Part shown: positions 39,391 to 49,179 of the stretch, in pieces
Position numbering within the stretch: position 1 is the stretch's first letter
How the letters are laid out: every line of letters begins with the position of its first letter
Source of the DNA: Corallococcus exiguus
GTDB lineage: Bacteria > Myxococcota > Myxococcia > Myxococcales > Myxococcaceae
Strand: one strand, 5' to 3'
Assembly (NCBI RefSeq): GCF_013248865.1
Contig: NZ_JABNNF010000018.1
Length of the DNA stretch: 64,000 nucleotides
Position numbers and translations under genes: made by a program
The notes under the pieces: model-generated
The model's database searches: none
What the model was told of the DNA's origin: nothing
What the model saw: only the letters and a program-made list of their open reading frames with translations

Positions 39391-40140
39391 ATGCTTCAGC
39401 GCGCACGGCTCGCGTCGTCGTTCCTCGTCCTTGGACTCCTGGGAGGCGTGGGCTGCGGCCCCGCCGCGGAGGAGATGCCCGTTCCCGAAGCCGCGCCCCA
39501 GGAGCAGGCGCCCGTCGCTCCGTCGCAGGACGAAGGTCGCACCGTCACCGCCATGGCCACGACGGCCCTCTCCTGGAACGACTTCGGGAAGACGACGGTG
39601 CAGTACGTGGCCGAGTGCGTGACCGGGCCCTACACCCACTCGTGCTACTTCTGCGGGACCAATCCGTTGTACTCCGGGGAGTACAGCGTGAGCGGCTGCA
39701 CGTCGCCCAGCGACATCCAGAACTCCTGCATCACGTGCGACCGGGAGATTCGCGAGAAGGTGGCCTACGCCGAGCTGCCCGATGGCGACGTCATCCTCGC
39801 GGAGGTCGAGCACAACGTGGCGGGGCCGGATGTCATCGAGTTCCGGCTCAACTCCGGCTCCAACGTGACGTGGTGGAAGCAGGTCGCCCTCGTGGGCGGC
39901 GGTGATGACTGGCGCGTCTGGAACCACAACGGCAGCTCCTGGTGCAACTGGCCCAATGCCTCCACGAACAACTGCGACACCAATTCGCAGTGGACGACCA
40001 TCGTGCAGGCCTCGGGCACGCGCTTCATCTTCAGCAAAGCCAAGCTCTTCGGCATCCACACGGAGATGTATTCATTGGGCGGTCTGGGTGACCATCTCAC
40101 CGGTGGCGACCGCGTGACCTTCCGCTGGATTCGCGACTGA
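39391..40140 (+). CDS. Secreted/lipo- Cys-rich hypothetical protein
   Basis: 'LVLGLLGGVGC' then about 12 Cys. No known domain. Confidence 0.5.
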   Translation: MLQRARLASSFLVLGLLGGVGCGPAAEEMPVPEAAPQEQAPVAPSQDEGRTVTAMATTALSWNDFGKTTVQYVAECVTGPYTHSCYFCGTNPLYSGEYSVSGCTSPSDIQNSCITCDREIREKVAYAELPDGDVILAEVEHNVAGPDVIEFRLNSGSNVTWWKQVALVGGGDDWRVWNHNGSSWCNWPNASTNNCDTNSQWTTIVQASGTRFIFSKAKLFGIHTEMYSLGGLGDHLTGGDRVTFRWIRD

Positions 40141-40233
40141 GTGACCTTGGATTGCGTCGCGGCGTCTGTTCGAATGCCTTCCTGTCAGCGGGCCAGGATG
40201 CTCTGACCCGGTGGCACCCACCCCGGAGGAAGC

Positions 40234-40461
40234 ATGAAGGCATCGCGACTGAAGCAGACGATTCCTGGATTCGCGCTGATCATCGGCATCATGGCGGGTA
40301 CGGCCCTGGCCATGGTTCCCGGCTCGACGGCGGAGACGACCGATAACCAGACGTCTGCTGTCCAGATGATCTGTTCGCGCACCTGCAAGCCGTGCTCGAC
40401 CCAGATGGAGTGCGGCACGAGCGGCGGTTCCTGCGGGGTCTGGCGCTGCACCCAGCCGTAA
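40234..40461 (+). CDS. Small secreted Cys-rich peptide (75 aa, 6 Cys in the last 30 aa)
   Basis: Signal peptide 'FALIIGIMAGTALAMVPG'. 'CSRTCKPCSTQMECGTSGGSCGVWRC'. Confidence 0.4.
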   Translation: MKASRLKQTIPGFALIIGIMAGTALAMVPGSTAETTDNQTSAVQMICSRTCKPCSTQMECGTSGGSCGVWRCTQP

Positions 40462-40483
40462 GCACCGAAGCTGGCAAAACAAA

Positions 40484-40513
40484 GAGCCTCCGAGTCCCTG
40501 GACTCGGAGGCTC
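40484..40513. terminator. Bidirectional rho-independent terminator (14-bp perfect stem) between convergent genes
   Basis: 'gagcctccgagtcc-ctg-ggactcggaggctc', flanked by 'caaaacaaa' and 'ttcta'. A T-run follows on the nadC strand. Confidence 0.55.
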
Positions 40514-40546
40514 TCTTCTACGGATTCGTGAAGACCGCTGACCGCT

Positions 40547-41425
40547 TCAGCCCTGCGCGGAGCGGGGCTTGCGCGTGGACTTCTTCGTCGTCGCGATCTC
40601 CAGCGACAGGTCCATGGCCCGCGCCGAGTGCGTCAGCGCGCCCATCGACACGAAGTCCACGCCCAGCTTCGCCAGCCGGGGCAGCCGGTCCAACGTGACG
40701 CCGCCCGACACTTCGATGGGCACGCGGCTCGCCGTCAGCTTCACCGCTTCGCGGATCTGCGCGTCGTCCATGTTGTCCAACATGATGACGTCCGCGCCCG
40801 CGGCGATGGCCTCCTCCAGCTGCTTGAAGTTGGTGACCTCCACTTCAATCTTCACCAGCCGGGGACCGTTCAGCTTCGCGCGGCGCACCGCTTCGGTGAT
40901 GTCGCCACCTACCGCCGCGATGTGGTTGTCCTTGATGAGGATGCCGTCGAAGAGGCCGAAGCGGTGGTTGGACGCACCGCCCATGCGCACCGCGTGCTTC
41001 GCGAGGCCTCGCATGCCCGGCGGCGTCTTGCGCGTGTCCAGCACCCGCAGCTTCGAGCCTCGCACGGAGGTCATCGCCTGCTGGGCCAGCGTCGCGATGC
41101 CGGCGGCACGCTGCACCAGGTTGAGCGCCGTGCGCTCCGCGGCCAGCAGCGAACGCAGCTTGCCGTGGACGCGCGCGGCGACCACCTTCGGTTTGATTTC
41201 CTCGCCGTCGCGCTTGAGGACCTCCACCTCCACCTCCGCGTCCACCATGTGGAAGACGCGGACGAAGGCGTCCAGGCCGGCGACGATCATCTGCTCCTTC
41301 GCGACCAGCTCACCGCTGCCCTCCGCTTCGGCGGGGACCACCGCCAGCGAGGTGACGTCCCCCGCAGCACCCAGGTCCTCGTCGAGGGACAGCGCGATGA
41401 GCCGATCGAGATAATCCTGCTGCAC
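40547..41425 (-). CDS. nadC: Nicotinate-nucleotide pyrophosphorylase (quinolinate PRTase)
   Basis: 'RVLDTRKTPPGMRGLAKHAVRMGGASNHRFGLFDGILIKDNHI', 'IEVEVTNFKQLEEA'. Confidence 0.85.
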   Translation of the reverse strand: MQQDYLDRLIALSLDEDLGAAGDVTSLAVVPAEAEGSGELVAKEQMIVAGLDAFVRVFHMVDAEVEVEVLKRDGEEIKPKVVAARVHGKLRSLLAAERTALNLVQRAAGIATLAQQAMTSVRGSKLRVLDTRKTPPGMRGLAKHAVRMGGASNHRFGLFDGILIKDNHIAAVGGDITEAVRRAKLNGPRLVKIEVEVTNFKQLEEAIAAGADVIMLDNMDDAQIREAVKLTASRVPIEVSGGVTLDRLPRLAKLGVDFVSMGALTHSARAMDLSLEIATTKKSTRKPRSAQG

Positions 41426-41434
41426 TTCCGCCTC

Positions 41435-44400
41435 CTACCGGCGCGCCTTGCGAGCCGGCTTGCCCCGAGTGGTCTTCTTCGCCGCGGCCTTCTTCGCGGC
41501 GGTCTTCTTCCCCGCCGCCTTCTTCGCCGAAGCCTTCTTCGCAGGAGCCTTCTTCACCGCCGCCTTCTTCGCGGCCGTCTTCTTGCCCGCCGCCTTCTTC
41601 GCGGAAGCCTTCTTCGCAGGGGCCTTCTTCGCGGCGGACTTCTTCCCCGCCGCCTTCTTCGCGGAGGCCTTCTTCGCAGGGGCCTTCTTCACCGCCGCCT
41701 TCTTCGCGGCCGTCTTCTTGCCCGCCGCCTTCTTCGCGGAAGCCTTCTTCGCGGGGGCCTTCTTCGTCGGAGCCTTCTTCACCGGCTTCGCCGAACCCTC
41801 CGGCGCCTCGCGGGCGTCGCCGCCCTCCTTGGCCCGGTCGAACTCGCGCATCGCGTCGTCCACGAGGCCCATGCTCATGTACGCGACGCCCAGGTCGTGG
41901 TGGTCCGCCGGTGACAGCCCTTCCTTGGTGCCCTCGCGCAGCTTTTTGAGGGCCTCCTCCACCACCGGATCCGCAGCCTGGGGCGCCTGCGAAGCCTCTT
42001 CGGCTTCAATCTCGCCCTTCAGCTCCTGGCCCAGGTTCACCGCTTCGTCCTTCGGTTCCTGCGGCTCGGTGGCCACCTTCACCTGGGCGCTCTCGGGCGC
42101 GGGGGACTCGGACGCTTCAGGGGCTTCGGACTCGGTGCTGCCCGGCAACGGCGACGGCGTCTCGGACATGGGGGGCTCCGGGGCGATGCGCTGGAGGTGA
42201 TCCTGCAGCTTGACCGTGCGCTCCTGGAGCTCCGCCACCCGGGCCTTGTCCTTCTCCACCACGTCCGGCGGAGCACGGGCCACGAAGTTCGGGTTGTCCA
42301 GCTTGCGCTGCAAACCGGTGAGTTCCTGCTCGGAGCGGACGATCTCCTTCTTCAGGCGATCGCGCTCCGCGTCCAGGTCCACCAGGCCCGCCAGGGGCAC
42401 GTAGATTTCCAGGTTGCCGCTCACGAACGCCGCCGCCTGCGGAGGCTTGGCGCCCGGGGGGCCCACCACCACTTCGGACAGGCCCGCGAGAGGCATCAGG
42501 TACGCGCGCCAACGCTCCAACAGCTCGCGCGTCGTCGCGTCCGGGCTCTGCACCACCGCCTTCACCTTGGCGGACGGCGGCAGGTTGCTCTCACCGCGCA
42601 GCGTGCGCAGGCCCTCGATGGCCGCGATGACCGGCGCCATCTCGCCTTCCGCGGCCGCGTCCACCCACGCCGTCTCCGGCGCCGGGTAGGCCGCGATGCA
42701 GATGCTCTCCGTGGGCCGGGACATCGGCAGCTTCTGCCAGATCTCCTCGGTGATGAACGGCATGAACGGGTGCATCAGGCGCAGGATGCGGTCCAGGCAC
42801 GTCACCAGCACCGCGCGCGTGGTGTCCTTGGCCTCCGCGTCGTCGCCGTAGAGCGAGCCCTTCGCCAACTCGATGTACCAGTCGCAGAACTCCGCCCACA
42901 GGAACTGGTACAGCGTGGACGCGGCCTCCGCGAAGCCGAACGCCTCCAGCGACGCGCGCGTCTCCTCCGTGGCCTTCTGCAGGCGGGAGAGGATCCACCG
43001 GTCCGCCAGCGTCAGCTTGCGGCCCTCCAGCGGCGTCTTGTCCAGGCTGAAGTCGCCCATGTTCATCAGGGCGAAGCGGCTGGCGTTCCACAGCTTGTTG
43101 CAGAACGCCTTGTAGCCACCCAGGCGGTCCATCGACAGCTTGATGTCACGGCCCTGCTGCGTGAGCGACGCCAGCGTGAAGCGCAGCGCGTCCGCGCCGT
43201 GCGCGGGCATGCCCTGGGGGAAGCGGTTGCGCAGCGACGGCTGCAGCGACTCCGCCTTCGCGCCGAGGATGACGTCCAGGGGATCGATGACGTTCCCCTT
43301 CGTCTTGGACATCTTCTCGCCCTTCTCGTCGCGCACCATCGCGTGCAGGTACACGGTGCGGAAGGGCACGTCGTTCATGAAGTGCAGGCCCATCATCATC
43401 ATCCGGGCGACCCAGAAGAAGATGATGTCGTGGCCCGTCTCCATCACGGACGTCGGGTAGAAGGTCTGCAGGTCCGCCGTCTGCTTCGGCCAGCCCAGCG
43501 TGGAGAACGGCCACAGCGCGGACGAGAACCAGGTGTCCAGCACGTCCGGATCCTGCGTCAGCTCCTTGCCGCCGCACTTGGGGCAGGACTCCGGCGCCGT
43601 GCGCGACACGATGACGTCCGCCGTGTCCTTCGAGCGCTCTTCCGCCGGGGTGCACGCCGCGCAGTACCACGCGGGAATCTGGTGGCCCCACCACAGCTGG
43701 CGGCTCACGCACCAGTCGTGGATGTTGTTCATCCAGTGGAAGTACGTGTTCGTCCACGACTCGGGGACGAACTTCGTGCGGCCCTCCTCCACGGCCTGGA
43801 TGGCCGGCTTCGCCAGCGGTTCGATCTTGATGAACCACTGCGGCGACAGGCGCGGCTCCACCACCGTGGTGCAGCGCTGGCAGGTGCCCACGTTCAGCTT
43901 GTGCGGCTCCTCCTTCTCCAGCAGGCCCAGCTCCGTCAGGTCCGCCAGCACCTGCGTGCGCGCCTCCCGGCTCTCCAGGCCCGCGTACTTGCCGGTGTCC
44001 TTCGTCATCCGCGCCGCTTCGTCCAGGATGGACAGCATCGGCAGCTTGTGGCGCAGGCCCGTCTGGTAGTCGTTGAAATCGTGCGCGGGCGTGACCTTCA
44101 CCACGCCGGTGCCGAACTCCATGTTCACCAGCTCGCCGTCCGCGATGACCGGAATCTCACGGTCGGTGAGCGGCAGCGCCACGCTCTTGCCGATGAGGTC
44201 CTGGTAGCGCGGATCCTCCGGATGCACGGCGACGGCCGTGTCGCCCAGCAGCGTCTCCGGGCGCGTCGTCGCCACGGTGAGGAAGCGCTCCGTGCCCTTC
44301 ACCGGGTAGCGGATGTGCCAGAGCGAGCCGTTCTTCTCCTCGTGCTCCACTTCCAGGTCGGAGAGGGCCGTGCGGCAGGACGGGCACCAGTTGATCAGCT

Positions 44401-44929
44401 TCTGGGCCCGGTACATCAGGCCCTCTTCGTACAGCCGGACGAACACCTCGCGCACCGCGGCCGAGGACTGCTCGTCCATGGTGAAGCGCTCGCGGCTCCA
44501 GTCCAGGGAGGCGCCCAGGTAGCGGTGCTGCTCGCCGATGCGCGCGCCGAACTTGCCCTTCCACGTCCAGACGCGCTCGAGGAACGCCTCGCGGCCCAGG
44601 TCGTGGCGGCTCTTGCCCTCCGTCTTCTTGAGCTCCTTCTCCACCACCATCTGCGTGGCGATGCCCGCGTGGTCCGTGCCGGGCAGCCAGAGCGCGTTGA
44701 AGCCGCTCATCCGCTTCCAGCGCGTGAGGATGTCCTGGATGGTCGCGGTGAGCGCGTGGCCGATGTGCAGGCTGCCCGTCACGTTGGGCGGCGGCAGCAC
44801 GATGCTGAACGGCGGCTTGGAGGAAGGGGCTTCGGCGCGGAAGTAGTCGCGCTCCAGCCAGTGGTTGTACCACCGCGCCTCCACTTCGGAGGGCTCGTAG
44901 GCCTTGGACAGTTCAGTCGTGTCAGTCAT
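41435..44929 (-). CDS. valS: Valyl-tRNA synthetase with a ~260-aa C-terminal extension (acidic linker, TPR-like motif, Lys/Ala repeat tail)
   Basis: '[14 protein letters not shown]', '[12 protein letters not shown]', canonical coiled coil. Then '[32 protein letters not shown]...' for about 100 aa. Confidence 0.9.
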   Translation of the reverse strand: MTDTTELSKAYEPSEVEARWYNHWLERDYFRAEAPSSKPPFSIVLPPPNVTGSLHIGHALTATIQDILTRWKRMSGFNALWLPGTDHAGIATQMVVEKELKKTEGKSRHDLGREAFLERVWTWKGKFGARIGEQHRYLGASLDWSRERFTMDEQSSAAVREVFVRLYEEGLMYRAQKLINWCPSCRTALSDLEVEHEEKNGSLWHIRYPVKGTERFLTVATTRPETLLGDTAVAVHPEDPRYQDLIGKSVALPLTDREIPVIADGELVNMEFGTGVVKVTPAHDFNDYQTGLRHKLPMLSILDEAARMTKDTGKYAGLESREARTQVLADLTELGLLEKEEPHKLNVGTCQRCTTVVEPRLSPQWFIKIEPLAKPAIQAVEEGRTKFVPESWTNTYFHWMNNIHDWCVSRQLWWGHQIPAWYCAACTPAEERSKDTADVIVSRTAPESCPKCGGKELTQDPDVLDTWFSSALWPFSTLGWPKQTADLQTFYPTSVMETGHDIIFFWVARMMMMGLHFMNDVPFRTVYLHAMVRDEKGEKMSKTKGNVIDPLDVILGAKAESLQPSLRNRFPQGMPAHGADALRFTLASLTQQGRDIKLSMDRLGGYKAFCNKLWNASRFALMNMGDFSLDKTPLEGRKLTLADRWILSRLQKATEETRASLEAFGFAEAASTLYQFLWAEFCDWYIELAKGSLYGDDAEAKDTTRAVLVTCLDRILRLMHPFMPFITEEIWQKLPMSRPTESICIAAYPAPETAWVDAAAEGEMAPVIAAIEGLRTLRGESNLPPSAKVKAVVQSPDATTRELLERWRAYLMPLAGLSEVVVGPPGAKPPQAAAFVSGNLEIYVPLAGLVDLDAERDRLKKEIVRSEQELTGLQRKLDNPNFVARAPPDVVEKDKARVAELQERTVKLQDHLQRIAPEPPMSETPSPLPGSTESEAPEASESPAPESAQVKVATEPQEPKDEAVNLGQELKGEIEAEEASQAPQAADPVVEEALKKLREGTKEGLSPADHHDLGVAYMSMGLVDDAMREFDRAKEGGDAREAPEGSAKPVKKAPTKKAPAKKASAKKAAGKKTAAKKAAVKKAPAKKASAKKAAGKKSAAKKAPAKKASAKKAAGKKTAAKKAAVKKAPAKKASAKKAAGKKTAAKKAAAKKTTRGKPARKARR
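41450..41795 (-). repeat. Tandem ~90-bp DNA repeats encoding the KAAKKA tail
   Basis: 'ccgccttcttcgc(g/c)ga(a/g)gccttcttcgcagg(a/g)gccttcttc' repeated. Confidence 0.6.
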
Positions 44930-44982
44930 TGCAAGCGGCCGGCCCCCGACGGGGCCGGCGGGGAATCAGAGGGGACTGCGAA

Positions 44983-46245
44983 TCAATGCTGGGTCTCGCG
45001 GTCCTTGATGAGCCGCTCCAGCTCTTCCCGGATGATGGCCTCCGCCAGCTGCGGTACGACCTCCCAGGCAATCTTCTCGATGACCTCGCGGGACGCCTTC
45101 GACAGCGCCTCGCGCAGCAGCGCCTCGCCGCCATCCGCGGCCGGACGGGCGCGCGCGGGAGGAGTCGCCGGCGAGGGGCCGCCGATATCCAGGGAGATCT
45201 CCTCCGCGCCGCTGGGCTCGGGCAGCGAGTCCTCGATGCGGATGCTCCCCGTGCGGGCCTGCGCGGCGGGCGGGGCGGCCGGTGCACCCAGCCCGAACGG
45301 ATCCCGGGCACGGGCGGCCGGAGGCACCGCGGCGGGCGGGGGCGCGGACGGCAGCGGCGCGGCGCCCGGAGGACGCGGGAAGCCGCCCGGGATGTTCGGG
45401 GCGCCAGGGCCCGGAGGACGCGCGGCCATGCCCGGAGGCGGCGCACCCGGAGGACGCGCGCCCGGAGGCACGGCACCCGGCGGAGGACGCGCCCCCGGCG
45501 GCATGGCACCCGGAGGCGGCGCACCCGGAGGACGCGCACCCATGCCCGGAGGCGGCGCACCCGGCGGAGGACGTGCACCCGGCGGCATGGCGCCCGGAGG
45601 CGGCGCACCCGGAGGACGCGCGCCCGGAGGAACAGCGCCAGGCAGCGGACGCGCCGCACCCGGAGGAGGAGGCACACCGGCGCCCGGAGGACGCGCGCCC
45701 GGAGGCACGGCACCCGGCGGAGGACGCGCACCCGGCGGCACGGCGCCCGGAGGCGGCGCACCCGCGGGACGCGCACCCGGCGGCACGGCGGCGGCGGGCG
45801 GCGCGCTGGCCGGAGCGCTCGGGGCGGAGGTCTGGGGCAGAATGCGCGTCGCGGCGGACGCGGGCATCGTGTTGGACTTCTGGCCCACCAGCGCCTTCAC
45901 CTTGTCGAGGAGGATCTGGCTCTCGAAGGGCTTGGCGATGTGGTCATCCGCCCGGGCGGCCTTCGCGCGGTTCTCGTCGAACGCCTCGAAGGTGCCGGCC
46001 AGGAGCAGCACCGGGATGGCCTGCGTGGAGGGGTCGCTCTTGAGCGCCTCGCAGACCTCGTAGCCGCTCTTGCCCGGCATCATCACGTCGGCGAGCACCA
46101 CGTCCGGACGCAGCTCGCGCGCGCGGGAGATGGCGTCCAGCCCGTTGTCCACCGCGGTCACCTGGAAGTCTTCCGTCGCGAAGATCATCCCGATCACCTT
46201 GCGGATGGTGAGCGAGTCGTCGGCGATCAGTAGATTCTTGGGCAT
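44983..46245 (-). CDS. romR: Response regulator with N-terminal receiver, long PPGARPPGA-type Pro-rich repeat region and an acidic C-terminal domain (RomR-like)
   Basis: 'NLLIADDSLTIRKVIGMIF...VVLADVMMPGKSGYEV', then about 25 'PPGARP' repeats, then 'EEISLDIGG...IEKIAWEVVPQLAE'. Assignment from memory of Myxococcus xanthus RomR architecture. Confidence 0.6.
   Translation of the reverse strand: MPKNLLIADDSLTIRKVIGMIFATEDFQVTAVDNGLDAISRARELRPDVVLADVMMPGKSGYEVCEALKSDPSTQAIPVLLLAGTFEAFDENRAKAARADDHIAKPFESQILLDKVKALVGQKSNTMPASAATRILPQTSAPSAPASAPPAAAVPPGARPAGAPPPGAVPPGARPPPGAVPPGARPPGAGVPPPPGAARPLPGAVPPGARPPGAPPPGAMPPGARPPPGAPPPGMGARPPGAPPPGAMPPGARPPPGAVPPGARPPGAPPPGMAARPPGPGAPNIPGGFPRPPGAAPLPSAPPPAAVPPAARARDPFGLGAPAAPPAAQARTGSIRIEDSLPEPSGAEEISLDIGGPSPATPPARARPAADGGEALLREALSKASREVIEKIAWEVVPQLAEAIIREELERLIKDRETQH
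45290..45790 (-). repeat. Imperfect tandem ~27-36-bp DNA repeats encoding the Pro-rich region
   Basis: 'ggcgcacccggaggacgcgc(a/g)cccggcgg' recurs. Confidence 0.6.
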
Positions 46246-46362
46246 CGGCTCCGGCCTCGGGGGGCGCATACCCCCCTGAATTCGTTTGAGATTTCGGGCG
46301 AGCAAGCCTGCCTGCACGCCCTGTGTCAATCGGAGAAGCTTAGGATTCGCGCGTTGGGCCGA

Positions 46363-47175
46363 TCAAGAAAACATGCGCTGCAGGTCCAGTAACATCACCG
46401 GATCCGGCAGCCCCGGCGCCCGGAACGTTCCGGGAAGCTCGGCCGGCTTGAACTTCTGCAGCACACCAAGCACCCGGGTGGCCGCCAGTCCCACGTTCCG
46501 CCCCGCCAGTTCCGTGAGGACGAACAGCTCCTCCGCCTGGGCCGGCGCACCCAGCAGCGCTGGAATCGAACAGATGGGCCACAGCGCCTGCGCGTGGGGA
46601 TAGACGCCCGCCACCGGCCCGCTCTGCACCGGGAGCACGCTGAACGCCTCGCCCCGGGGCACCACCTGGGAGACGCAACCCAGCGGAACGCCGAACAGCA
46701 CCCCCTGGGATTCCAGCACCAGTGCCCGCTCCGGGGGCACGTCCGCATAGTGCACGGGCCGGGGCTCCGGCGGGGTCGCCCGGGGGCCCGCCCGGTGCGG
46801 CAGCGCCTCCACGATGAGCTCCAGGTACAGCCGATCCTTGTGCAGCACCGCGCCCCGGCTCAGCGGCGCCAGCGAGTCCGCCAGGCCCGGAGGCAGCAGG
46901 AAGAACGGATCCCTCGCGACGTCCGCGACCTCCACCACGGCGCGCACCCGCACCGCGAGCGTGGGGCTGACGTCCAGGACCACCACCATGCCCGGCACTT
47001 CCTCAGGCAGGCCGCCGAGCAACGCGGCGAGGTCCTTCACTTCCAGTACGCCGCGCAGACTCGCGCCGCGAGCGCCCGGCATCGCGACCTCGATGACGGA
47101 GGTGGCCTCTACCGCGTAGCGCGTCTCTCCGGCCTCCACCAGCAGGCAGAGCCGCCGTCCGCTTTCAAAGGGCAC
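46363..47175 (-). CDS. Protein with two degenerate CheW-like domains
   Basis: 'RLCLLVEAGETRYAVEATSVIEV...MVVVLDVSPTLAVRVRAVVEV' and 'VLFGVPLGCVSQVV...FVLTELAGRNVGLAATRVLGV'. Confidence 0.45.
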   Translation of the reverse strand: MPFESGRRLCLLVEAGETRYAVEATSVIEVAMPGARGASLRGVLEVKDLAALLGGLPEEVPGMVVVLDVSPTLAVRVRAVVEVADVARDPFFLLPPGLADSLAPLSRGAVLHKDRLYLELIVEALPHRAGPRATPPEPRPVHYADVPPERALVLESQGVLFGVPLGCVSQVVPRGEAFSVLPVQSGPVAGVYPHAQALWPICSIPALLGAPAQAEELFVLTELAGRNVGLAATRVLGVLQKFKPAELPGTFRAPGLPDPVMLLDLQRMFS

Positions 47176-47228
47176 GGCCCGGGACCCTAGCAGCCTTCCA
47201 GTGTTGGGTGCTAAGCCCTGAAACAGTC

Positions 47229-48617
47229 ATGGCGCGACTGCTCCTCGTCGACGACGAAAAGATCGCCCGCAATCTCTACGGCGACTACCTCACGGCCGCA
47301 GGACACCTGGTCACGGCGGTGCCCACCGTGGCGGATGCGAAGGCCGCCCTCTCCGCGGCGCGGTTCGACGCGGTGGTGACGGACCTCATCCTCCCCGGCG
47401 GCGACGGCATGGAAGTGCTTCGCCACGTGCGCGAGCGCTACCCCGGCGTGGAGGTGCTGGTCATCACCGGCCTGGACAAGGTGGCCCCCGCGGTGCGCGC
47501 CATCAAGAGCGGCGCGGCGGAGTACCTGGTCAAGCCCGTGGCGCCGGAGGCCCTGGAACACGCGCTGCGCCGCGCGCTCACCACGCGCGACCTGATGCGT
47601 GAGAACGCGTCCCTGCGCCAGCACGTCGCGCTGCTGGAGGCGGGCCAGCGCATCGCCACCACGCTCGACCGCGAGCGGCTGTCCACGGCCGCGTCGGACG
47701 CGCTGGAGTCCATGGCCAACGCCTCCGCGGTGATGCTCCTGGAGCGGGACCCCGGCGGCACGGGCTTCCGCTCGCACGGCATGCGCGGGCTGCCGGTGGA
47801 CCTGCACGAGGCGCTCGTCCCGCTGCTCATCGAGCGGCTCTCGGGCTCGCGCACGCCGGTGGAGCTCGACGGACTTCAAGTTCCCTGGCCGCGCACCCTC
47901 TCCTTCCCCGCCGTGGACGGAGAACTGGTGCTGGGCCACGCGGTGCTCTTCCACGACAGCGCGCCCGCGGAGCACCACGCGGAGACCGTGGGCTTCCTCG
48001 TGCGCAACTGGGCGCTGGCCCTGCGCAACCTGGGCCGCTTCGCCGCCGTGGAGGACCTGGCCTACGTCGACGATCTCACCCGCCTGTTCAACACGCGCTA
48101 CCTGCACCTGGTGCTGGACCGCGAGGTGAACGAGGCCCTCCAGACGGAGCGCCCCTTCTCCCTGCTGTTCCTGGACCTGGACCGCTTCAAGGCCATCAAC
48201 GACACGCACGGGCACCTGGTGGGCTCGCGGGTGCTGGTGGAGGCCGCGCGCGTGCTCAAGGGCTGCGTGCGCGACCCGGACGTGGTGGCGCGCTTCGGCG
48301 GCGACGAGTACGTGGTGCTCCTGCGCGGCACGGACTCCGGCGGGGCCCTCAAGGTCGCCGAGCGCATCCGCCGCACCATGGAGACCCATCAGTTCCTGGG
48401 CCGCGAGGGGCTGGCGCTCAAGCTCACCACCTGCATCGGCGTGGCCAGCTTCCCGGAGCATGCCCAGGACAAGGACCACCTGCTGGACCTGTCCGACCGG
48501 GCCATGTACCGGGGCAAGCGTGGCACCCGGAACGTCGTCTACATGGCGGCGCAGGACCTGGAAGCCACCCCGGCCGAGCGCCGTCAGAATCCCCCGCCCC
48601 CGCAGGGCCAGGGCTGA
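47229..48617 (+). CDS. Response-regulator diguanylate cyclase (REC, GAF-like, GGDEF)
   Basis: Receiver 'LLLVDDEKIARNLY...VVTDLILPGGDG'. 'RFGGDEYVVLL', 'LTRLFNTRY'. Confidence 0.8.
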   Translation: MARLLLVDDEKIARNLYGDYLTAAGHLVTAVPTVADAKAALSAARFDAVVTDLILPGGDGMEVLRHVRERYPGVEVLVITGLDKVAPAVRAIKSGAAEYLVKPVAPEALEHALRRALTTRDLMRENASLRQHVALLEAGQRIATTLDRERLSTAASDALESMANASAVMLLERDPGGTGFRSHGMRGLPVDLHEALVPLLIERLSGSRTPVELDGLQVPWPRTLSFPAVDGELVLGHAVLFHDSAPAEHHAETVGFLVRNWALALRNLGRFAAVEDLAYVDDLTRLFNTRYLHLVLDREVNEALQTERPFSLLFLDLDRFKAINDTHGHLVGSRVLVEAARVLKGCVRDPDVVARFGGDEYVVLLRGTDSGGALKVAERIRRTMETHQFLGREGLALKLTTCIGVASFPEHAQDKDHLLDLSDRAMYRGKRGTRNVVYMAAQDLEATPAERRQNPPPPQGQG

Positions 48618-48632
48618 AAGCCGCACCGCGCG

Positions 48633-49022
48633 CTACTTGCGCAGGCTGCCCACGGTGAGGTGCTTGGGCAGCTCCACTTCCGCGGGCACGCCGCCGCCGC
48701 CCTCGCCCACCGCCTCCACCTCTTCGTGAGACGCGCCGGTGGTGATGAGGCGGTACTTCTGCGACGCCTCGCGGTCGTGCTGGGCCTGCTCCGGATCCAA
48801 CCGCGCGATGAGCTGCCAGAAGAGGGCCGCGTGCTCCCGCTCCTCGTCCATGACGTGCCGCAGGATGGCCTTCGCCTCCTCGTTGTCCGTCGCGTCCAGG
48901 TGCGCGGCGTAGAGGTTGATGGCGTCCAGCTCCGCCTCGATGTTGAGCCGGATGGAGCGGGCCAGTTCGGAGTCCGTCAGCTTCCGGGGCACCAGCGAGT
49001 GGAACGGGTTCGTCTGCGGCAT
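48633..49022 (-). CDS. Ferritin-like/rubrerythrin-like encapsulin cargo protein (EncC-like) with C-terminal targeting peptide
   Basis: 'LNIEAELDAINLYAAHL', 'RHVMDEEREHAALFWQL', C-terminal '...VPAEVELPKHLTVGSLRK'. About 129 aa. No shell gene in the window. Confidence 0.6.
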   Translation of the reverse strand: MPQTNPFHSLVPRKLTDSELARSIRLNIEAELDAINLYAAHLDATDNEEAKAILRHVMDEEREHAALFWQLIARLDPEQAQHDREASQKYRLITTGASHEEVEAVGEGGGGVPAEVELPKHLTVGSLRK

Positions 49023-49179
49023 GAAGACCTCAGCGACAGGGAGGGTTTCCAGCAAGCGAGCGGGCAGCAGCGTTTCCGTCAGGCCAGGCCGGAAGGCGTG
49101 CGCGAGCATCCGTTCGGTCGCGAGCGCGGTCAACCGAATCCCGCTGGGGGTGCGTTGCACGTGAACACCTGCCTCCGCC

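Noticed and set aside
45290-45790. Regularly spaced short repeats; CRISPR considered
   Set aside because: The repeats are imperfect, lie inside a continuous ORF encoding PPGARP peptide repeats, and have no unique spacers. The same holds for the KAAKKA-coding repeats at 41450-41795.
42197-46063. 1288-aa plus-strand ORF
   Set aside because: Antisense to valS (HIGH/KMSKS present on the other strand) and to the RomR-like gene.
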